Positions 14,972-20,000 of a stretch of 20,000 bases of DNA are shown here, in pieces. Each line of letters opens with the position of its first letter. Position 1 is the first letter of the stretch. The notes under the pieces were generated by a model. It saw nothing but the letters and a program-made list of their open reading frames with translations. It had not been told where the DNA came from and ran no database searches. Both the position numbers and the translations under genes were made by a program. The DNA is from an uncultured virus (IMG/VR IMGVR_UViG_3300009159_000038) (taxonomy: Duplodnaviria; Heunggongvirae; Uroviricota; Caudoviricetes), in the IMG/VR virus record IMGVR_UViG_3300009159_000038, positions 113,958 to 133,957 of that record. One strand, written 5' to 3'.

Positions 14972-17900
14972 ATGGCAATATCTCCTAGTCTACAACAATT
15001 CAAATCTTCAGGTGTTTACCGATTAGAATTCGACAAGAGTCAAATTACTAATATTCCATCTGAAACAATCCGTTTAATTATCGGATTCTCAAAAAAAGGA
15101 CCTTTTAATACTCCTGTTCTTTGTAAAGACACCGTCTTCTTTAAAGAAATTTTTGGAGATATTGATACTTCTCTTGAAAGAAAAGGTTCGTTCTTCCATA
15201 GAACGGCTCTAGTTTCTCTTGATAGAGGTCCAGTTATTGTATTGAATCTTTTGAATCTTGACGATACTCTAGATCAATCACAATTCCGCTCAATCTCTAC
15301 TGCTTCTTGGCAAGCTAATTCAGCGGTTAAGTATGCTCCAGTATCAAATTATTTCAACCAAGATAAATTCTGGTTCACTGATGCTCAAGCTCTTATTGAC
15401 ACTGCAGATAATTCTGATTATCAATCAGTTTTAGCTCAAAGATTACTTAACCTTGCAAATGTTGGTAGAAAAAACATGTCAGTTTTTACTAAAAAATCTA
15501 CAACTTTAGGTTTCGATATTTTAGCTAAAGATTGGTACGGAACTGGTAAAGTTCCAGAATTCATTAACGAAAATGATTACATCTCTGATTATATGGTAGA
15601 TTTGATTATCGTTGAAGGTGACTTCTCTAATTATCAATCTCTTGCAATCGATCCAATTTATGGAACTTATTTCGATGCAACTGGTTTAAAAACTACTATC
15701 ACTGATTCTTATGGAAATATTTTAGATGGTTTAACTGCATTCTTAAACTTAAATTCAGTTAATGTACTAGGTGTTTATACTGGTTGTTTAATTCCAGAAT
15801 TCCAAGATAAAAATGGTAATAACCTTTTCATTCAAGATCTAGTTAATCTAGAAACTTCTAAGACTGGTTTGCTATTAGGAATTAATGTAGATACTATTGA
15901 TGATGCTCCTGAAACTATTGGAAACGATTTAATTGACTTAATTGGTCATGGTATCGAATCTCAAGAACCTACAGTAGTAGACTTCCTTTCTTATTATGGT
16001 TCTATTGTTTCTGCAATGCCTTATGCCGGAGCTACCGGTATCGATACTCTTATCGTTGCTGGAACTGCTGGTCAAACTGGTGCTCAGGCATTAATGATTG
16101 CTTCTGCTGGTTTAACTGGAGCTTCTGCTACAAACGGTTGGAAAACTACAACAGGTCATTATGATACTTTATTGGTATATGGTCCTTCTGCTACTCTTCC
16201 CACTTCATTTGCATCTAAATTTGCTAACGAAACAGCATTCGCTACTTTCCGTACTGCCGTTTCAGTGGATAATACATTCATTAAAGCTGGTGCTTCAGCG
16301 AATACAACTGGTGCTTCAGGTAACTACTCTTATTTAGCTTCCGAATCTTATGATACTACAACTGATATCTTAACACTTAAGATCTCTAACGTTGCTGGTT
16401 CTGGTGTTACTGGTCCTACTTCAGTTGCTCAAGGTTATTATTACTTATACCCAGTTGGTTTAACCGCTGGTGGTACTGCTTCATTACCGGTTATCCAATC
16501 AGTGAATTTCAATTTTGCTGAAGGTGGTAATTTGTTTACTGGTGTTGCAAATCAACTTTATCAAGATAATCTTTCTGGTATTTTAACTGATGGAGATAAA
16601 GTTAAAGTTAATAATGCAGGTGCTACTGCTACTGCTTATGCTGAATTTAACCGAGTATCTACTAATGACTTTAGTGGTGCTACATTTACTAACGCTAATG
16701 CTTTTGGTAATGAAGCTCCTATTCTAAATGCATTTACTAATTACATTGAAGTTAATGCTTATACAAATCCTAACTTATCTACTGGAGCTACTGCAATTAC
16801 TCCGCAAACTACTTATGTGGTAAATACTTTAACCGGTAATATCAACGAATCTTTCGCTCTATGGGGTGGAACTGCCTATACAAATCCTACTAACGTAGTT
16901 TGGGTAGATAATGGTTCTACTGGTCCTCTTGGATTAAATGGTTTCAATGGTCTAATCATTAAAAATCAATTATTGCTTCAGAACTTTGGCGGAACTGGTG
17001 GTGCTACATCTAACAGTCCTATTACTGGAAAATCAAGATTAACTCGCATCCTTTCAGTTGCTGAAATTACCGATCCTACATCTGATCTTTACAAAAAGAT
17101 CAAGATTACTACAGTAGATCCCATCTTTATTTCTGCAACAAGTGAAATTGAAAGATATAAAGAGGCTTCTAATTTTGTTACTCACTACAGACCTTCTGCT
17201 CTTAGAGGTTATACTTTAAGAACTGGTCAAATGCCTGATGGTACTGATACTCGTCAAAATGAAATTCTAGACGTTATGTATAACAGTAATATCGCGGCTG
17301 CTCTTGCTGATCGTGAAACTATTAGTTTCCGTTATATTATCGATTCATTCCAAGGAACAATCGAACCTTCAACGAAGATTCGTTTAACTAAACTTGCTAA
17401 GAATCGTCAATCTGCTTTAGCAATTGTCAATATGCCTTCAGTGAAACAATTTAAAGATAGTACTAACCCTATATTCAAATTAACTTCATCTTCTCAATTC
17501 GATGCTGCTTATATTGCTGATGGTGGTAATCTATCAACAAATCCTTCAAACATATTCAGCTTACCAGGTATTGCTGATGGTGGTAATTACTCCGCTTTCT
17601 ATGGTCCTAACTTGACTATCAGAGAAGCCGGTAAAAACACTTCAGTTCCTCCTGCTGCTCATGTTGGTAACTTATACATTGACAAATACACTCAAGCCCT
17701 TCCTTATTCAATTATCGCTGGTCCTCGTAGAGGTGTGATAACAGGAACTGGTCTTGTAGGTGTTGAATACAATTTTGATAGAACCGATCTAGATTCAATT
17801 GAACCATTTGGTTACAATGCAATCGTTAACAAGAGAGGTTTTGGATTAACTATTAATGCCAATCAAACTGCTCAACAAACTGTAAAATCTGCTCTTTCAC

Positions 17901-18223
17901 AAATTCACGTAAGAGAGTTATTAATTTACATTCAAGATGGTATTGAGGCTATCCTTAAAAATTACCGTTGGGAATTCAACAGTGCTAATAATCGTTTAGA
18001 AATTAAAACTTTAGCCGACAATTTCCTATCACAAATCCTTTCTGATGGTGGAGTTTACGACTTCCAAAACATTATGGATACAACTAACAATACGACTGAG
18101 ATCATCGATAACAATTATGGAATCCTTGATACTTACATCGAACCTGTTAGAGGAATGGGTATCTTAGTTCACAGAACTACAATTCTAAGAACTGGTGCTA
18201 TTTCAACTGGTAACTTTATTTAA
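14972..18223 (+). CDS. Contractile tail sheath protein (T4 gp18-like) with large insertion
   Basis: N-terminal SGVYRLEFD...GFSKKGPFNTPV...FG. C-terminal VPPAAHV...AGPRRG...ALSQIHVRELL...WEFN...IEPVRGM. Confidence 0.92.
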   Translation: MAISPSLQQFKSSGVYRLEFDKSQITNIPSETIRLIIGFSKKGPFNTPVLCKDTVFFKEIFGDIDTSLERKGSFFHRTALVSLDRGPVIVLNLLNLDDTLDQSQFRSISTASWQANSAVKYAPVSNYFNQDKFWFTDAQALIDTADNSDYQSVLAQRLLNLANVGRKNMSVFTKKSTTLGFDILAKDWYGTGKVPEFINENDYISDYMVDLIIVEGDFSNYQSLAIDPIYGTYFDATGLKTTITDSYGNILDGLTAFLNLNSVNVLGVYTGCLIPEFQDKNGNNLFIQDLVNLETSKTGLLLGINVDTIDDAPETIGNDLIDLIGHGIESQEPTVVDFLSYYGSIVSAMPYAGATGIDTLIVAGTAGQTGAQALMIASAGLTGASATNGWKTTTGHYDTLLVYGPSATLPTSFASKFANETAFATFRTAVSVDNTFIKAGASANTTGASGNYSYLASESYDTTTDILTLKISNVAGSGVTGPTSVAQGYYYLYPVGLTAGGTASLPVIQSVNFNFAEGGNLFTGVANQLYQDNLSGILTDGDKVKVNNAGATATAYAEFNRVSTNDFSGATFTNANAFGNEAPILNAFTNYIEVNAYTNPNLSTGATAITPQTTYVVNTLTGNINESFALWGGTAYTNPTNVVWVDNGSTGPLGLNGFNGLIIKNQLLLQNFGGTGGATSNSPITGKSRLTRILSVAEITDPTSDLYKKIKITTVDPIFISATSEIERYKEASNFVTHYRPSALRGYTLRTGQMPDGTDTRQNEILDVMYNSNIAAALADRETISFRYIIDSFQGTIEPSTKIRLTKLAKNRQSALAIVNMPSVKQFKDSTNPIFKLTSSSQFDAAYIADGGNLSTNPSNIFSLPGIADGGNYSAFYGPNLTIREAGKNTSVPPAAHVGNLYIDKYTQALPYSIIAGPRRGVITGTGLVGVEYNFDRTDLDSIEPFGYNAIVNKRGFGLTINANQTAQQTVKSALSQIHVRELLIYIQDGIEAILKNYRWEFNSANNRLEIKTLADNFLSQILSDGGVYDFQNIMDTTNNTTEIIDNNYGILDTYIEPVRGMGILVHRTTILRTGAISTGNFI

Positions 18224-18227
18224 TATT

Positions 18228-18266
18228 TGAATGAAGCTGGGATTCGCAAGGATCCCAGCCAATTCA
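18228..18266 (+). other. Strong intergenic hairpin between sheath and tube genes (no U tract)
   Basis: GCTGGGATTC-GCAA-GGATCCCAGC (18236-18259), extendable by TGAAT/ATTCA. Confidence 0.7.
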
Positions 18267-18281
18267 TTTACGAATCAGTAA

Positions 18282-18289
18282 GATAAATA
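18282..18289 (+). promoter_or_regulatory. Putative late promoter (GATAAATA)
   Basis: One mismatch to T4 TATAAATA, about 30 nt before the tail tube ATG. Confidence 0.55.
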
Positions 18290-18317
18290 ATAAAATACAC
18301 AAAAAAAGCAATATACA

Positions 18318-18872
18318 ATGCCAGGATTACCACATTTTCTAAACAGTAAAGCGGCTACTAAATACTACGAACCGTTTTATCAAAACTTGTTTGAGGTAAA
18401 CATTCTTCCTCCTTCTACTATTTCTGGTGGAGAGATCTTGATTGAACACGTAAATAAAATCGGCGGTTTAACTCAAGATAGAGGTTCAGAAGCAACCACT
18501 CAATCATACAAATTCGCTAAGAGATCTTACGCAATGGGAACTCCTACAGATACCATTACAGATTTAACAATCGGTTTCTCTCTTAACTTAAACGATGCAA
18601 ACGAACTATACGTATATAAAACATTACGTGATTGGTTCCGTTTGATCTATAACCCACTTACTGGTGAACAAGGTTTGAAGAAAGATTATGTAGGTACTCT
18701 CGTTATTACAAACTATAATCGTGCCGGAGATATCTTCTGGCAACGTACTTTCCATGATTGTTTCCCTACTGGAGATATCGGTGAATTAGCTGCAGATTAC
18801 TCAGGTGGTGAAAAAGTTGATATGCCAGACGTTAAATTTCGTTCTGATTGGTGGGAAGAGAACATCGTTTAA
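18318..18872 (+). CDS. Tail tube protein (T4 gp19-like)
   Basis: 184 aa directly after the sheath. NLFEV, W..LIYNPLTG..GLKKDY, CFPTGDIGEL and FRSDWWE are gp19-like patterns. Confidence 0.85.
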   Translation: MPGLPHFLNSKAATKYYEPFYQNLFEVNILPPSTISGGEILIEHVNKIGGLTQDRGSEATTQSYKFAKRSYAMGTPTDTITDLTIGFSLNLNDANELYVYKTLRDWFRLIYNPLTGEQGLKKDYVGTLVITNYNRAGDIFWQRTFHDCFPTGDIGELAADYSGGEKVDMPDVKFRSDWWEENIV

Positions 18873-18893
18873 TTTCAATCTATTAAGACTTTT

Positions 18894-18922
18894 AAAGAGA
18901 ACTTCGAAAGAGGTTCTCTTTT
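18894..18922 (+). terminator. Intrinsic terminator after tail tube gene
   Basis: AAAGAGAACTTC-GAAA-GAGGTTCTCTTT followed by T. Confidence 0.75.
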
Positions 18923-18945
18923 GTTGTATATTCATATAAGTAAGA

Positions 18946-18953
18946 GATAAATA
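18946..18953 (+). promoter_or_regulatory. Putative late promoter (GATAAATA)
   Basis: Same 8-mer as 18282, lying after a terminator and about 30 nt before the next ATG. Confidence 0.55.
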
Positions 18954-18981
18954 TAATAACGAAAAAAAATTATATTTAAAA

Positions 18982-19245
18982 ATGGGTGAAACGTCGGTTG
19001 TTGGTATAATTTTAGCACTAATCGGTATATTTAAAGGAAAAGACATATGGGAATTCTTTAAACATCGAGCTACTATTAAAAGTAAAACTAATGACAAGGT
19101 CATTGAGATTTATGAAAAACAACTAAATACTTGCGAAACTAAAGTTCAGCTTTTAGAAACAAAAAATGATAAATTGTCTAAGAGATTTGAAACTAAATTG
19201 AAGAGTCGAGGAAAAACCAAAGAAGAACCTCTTAAAAAAGATTAA
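18982..19245 (+). CDS. Small protein with N-terminal TM helix and basic coiled-coil tail (holin-like architecture)
   Basis: VVGIILALIGIF followed by a Lys/Glu-rich helix. Confidence 0.55.
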   Translation: MGETSVVGIILALIGIFKGKDIWEFFKHRATIKSKTNDKVIEIYEKQLNTCETKVQLLETKNDKLSKRFETKLKSRGKTKEEPLKKD

Positions 19246-19248
19246 AAT

Positions 19249-19512
19249 ATGAAAAACTACATAAACACATTTGAAGAGTTCTTAAATGAATCAATTAACG
19301 AAAATGTTTGGGCAGATATAACTAAATCAGCAAAACCTACTAAAGGTCCTTGGACTCTAGTATCATCTGATAATAAAAAAGTTTTAGCCCAGAGCACAAC
19401 TGATAATATACACATGCTTCCTGCTCATTTTGAATCACTGAAACTAAAATTTCCAAAATCAAGTATTCATATAGAAAGTGCTTCCGGTGAAGTAATTTGG
19501 AAAATGAAATAA
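19249..19512 (+). CDS. Putative capsid-internal protein with MKNYINTFEEFLNE leader
   Basis: The N-terminal 14 aa are shared with the next genes, while the rest is unrelated. Confidence 0.65.
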   Translation: MKNYINTFEEFLNESINENVWADITKSAKPTKGPWTLVSSDNKKVLAQSTTDNIHMLPAHFESLKLKFPKSSIHIESASGEVIWKMK

Positions 19513-19517
19513 TCAAT

Positions 19518-19973
19518 ATGAAAAATTACATAAACACATTTGAAGGTTTCTTAAATGAAGTTCGATTAAATGAAGATAAAATGCCGGTAGTTTCGGACTT
19601 TAAAGCTAACCCAACCGTATTGGATGGTGTTAAAATTAAAAACCTAGCCGAAGAAAATCCTGAACAGGTGTTCATTATAAAGAAGGAATATGGCAAATGG
19701 CCTGATGATATACTTGCTAAATACAGCAAAACAGAAACTTCGATAACTGAATTTCTACCAATCGATAAATATGCTACAATGACAAAGTTAGAGTACTTAG
19801 GTTCTATGGCTGAAGTTATTGATATGATGTTCGGAGCTGACGAATGGCCACCAGCTAAACAGAAAGAACTTGCAAATGAACCATACTTATCTACTAATAA
19901 ACAAGGAGAAGTTATAATAGATGTTCAACGAGGAAATATCAGTAAGTTTGTAAAATTAGCAGAAAAAAAGTAA
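19518..19973 (+). CDS. Putative capsid-internal protein with MKNYINTFEGFLNE leader
   Basis: The repeated leader places the start at ATG 19518 rather than TTG 19497. Confidence 0.65.
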   Translation: MKNYINTFEGFLNEVRLNEDKMPVVSDFKANPTVLDGVKIKNLAEENPEQVFIIKKEYGKWPDDILAKYSKTETSITEFLPIDKYATMTKLEYLGSMAEVIDMMFGADEWPPAKQKELANEPYLSTNKQGEVIIDVQRGNISKFVKLAEKK

Positions 19974-19983
19974 TTTAACTAAT

Positions 19984-20000
19984 ATGAAAAATTACATAAA
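19984..20000 (+). CDS. Start of a third gene with the MKNYI leader (truncated by window end)
   Basis: ATGAAAAATTACATAAA is identical to the start at 19518. Confidence 0.6.

Noticed and set aside
13127..18223. Intein or intron in terL or the sheath gene
   Set aside because: TerL has normal length with contiguous motifs. The sheath insertion has no intein splice-junction or homing endonuclease motifs, and its frame is uninterrupted.
747..19729. Minus-strand and nested ORFs in the track (e.g. 747-950, 1935-2165, 3408-3641, 5914-6108, 8413-8709, 13160-13420, 18801-19103)
   Set aside because: They are shadows of well-supported + strand genes, with no recognisable motifs.

Overview
AT-rich, gene-dense window, with every credible gene on the + strand, from a large T4-like (myovirus) phage. 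The host is probably a Bacteroidota species, judged from a TAnnTTTG promoter element, a signal peptide with Gln at +1 and A-rich leaders lacking Shine-Dalgarno sites. The left part (1-3.9 kb) is an RNA-handling cluster: the end of an ATP-dependent ligase-type nucleotidyltransferase, a ~280-nt structured non-coding region holding two tandem Y-RNA-like elements, a Ro60/TROVE-vWA protein, SmpB, a winged-helix protein and a short CCA/poly(A) nucleotidyltransferase. The middle carries small accessory genes plus DNA metabolism genes (Srd/HNH-like protein, 5'-3' exonuclease/RNase H, zinc-less Fpg/Nei, possible clamp-loader subunit). The right part is a T4-syntenic late module (gp14-like neck, TerS, an inserted polysaccharide deacetylase, TerL, tail sheath, tail tube), followed by tandem genes sharing an N-terminal MKNYINTFE(E/G)FLNE tag that resembles a capsid-targeting signal. 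The best candidate new system is the Ro60 + non-canonical Y RNA pair + SmpB + CCA-adding enzyme + ligase island. All calls come from motif recognition and hand folding, and no searches were run.
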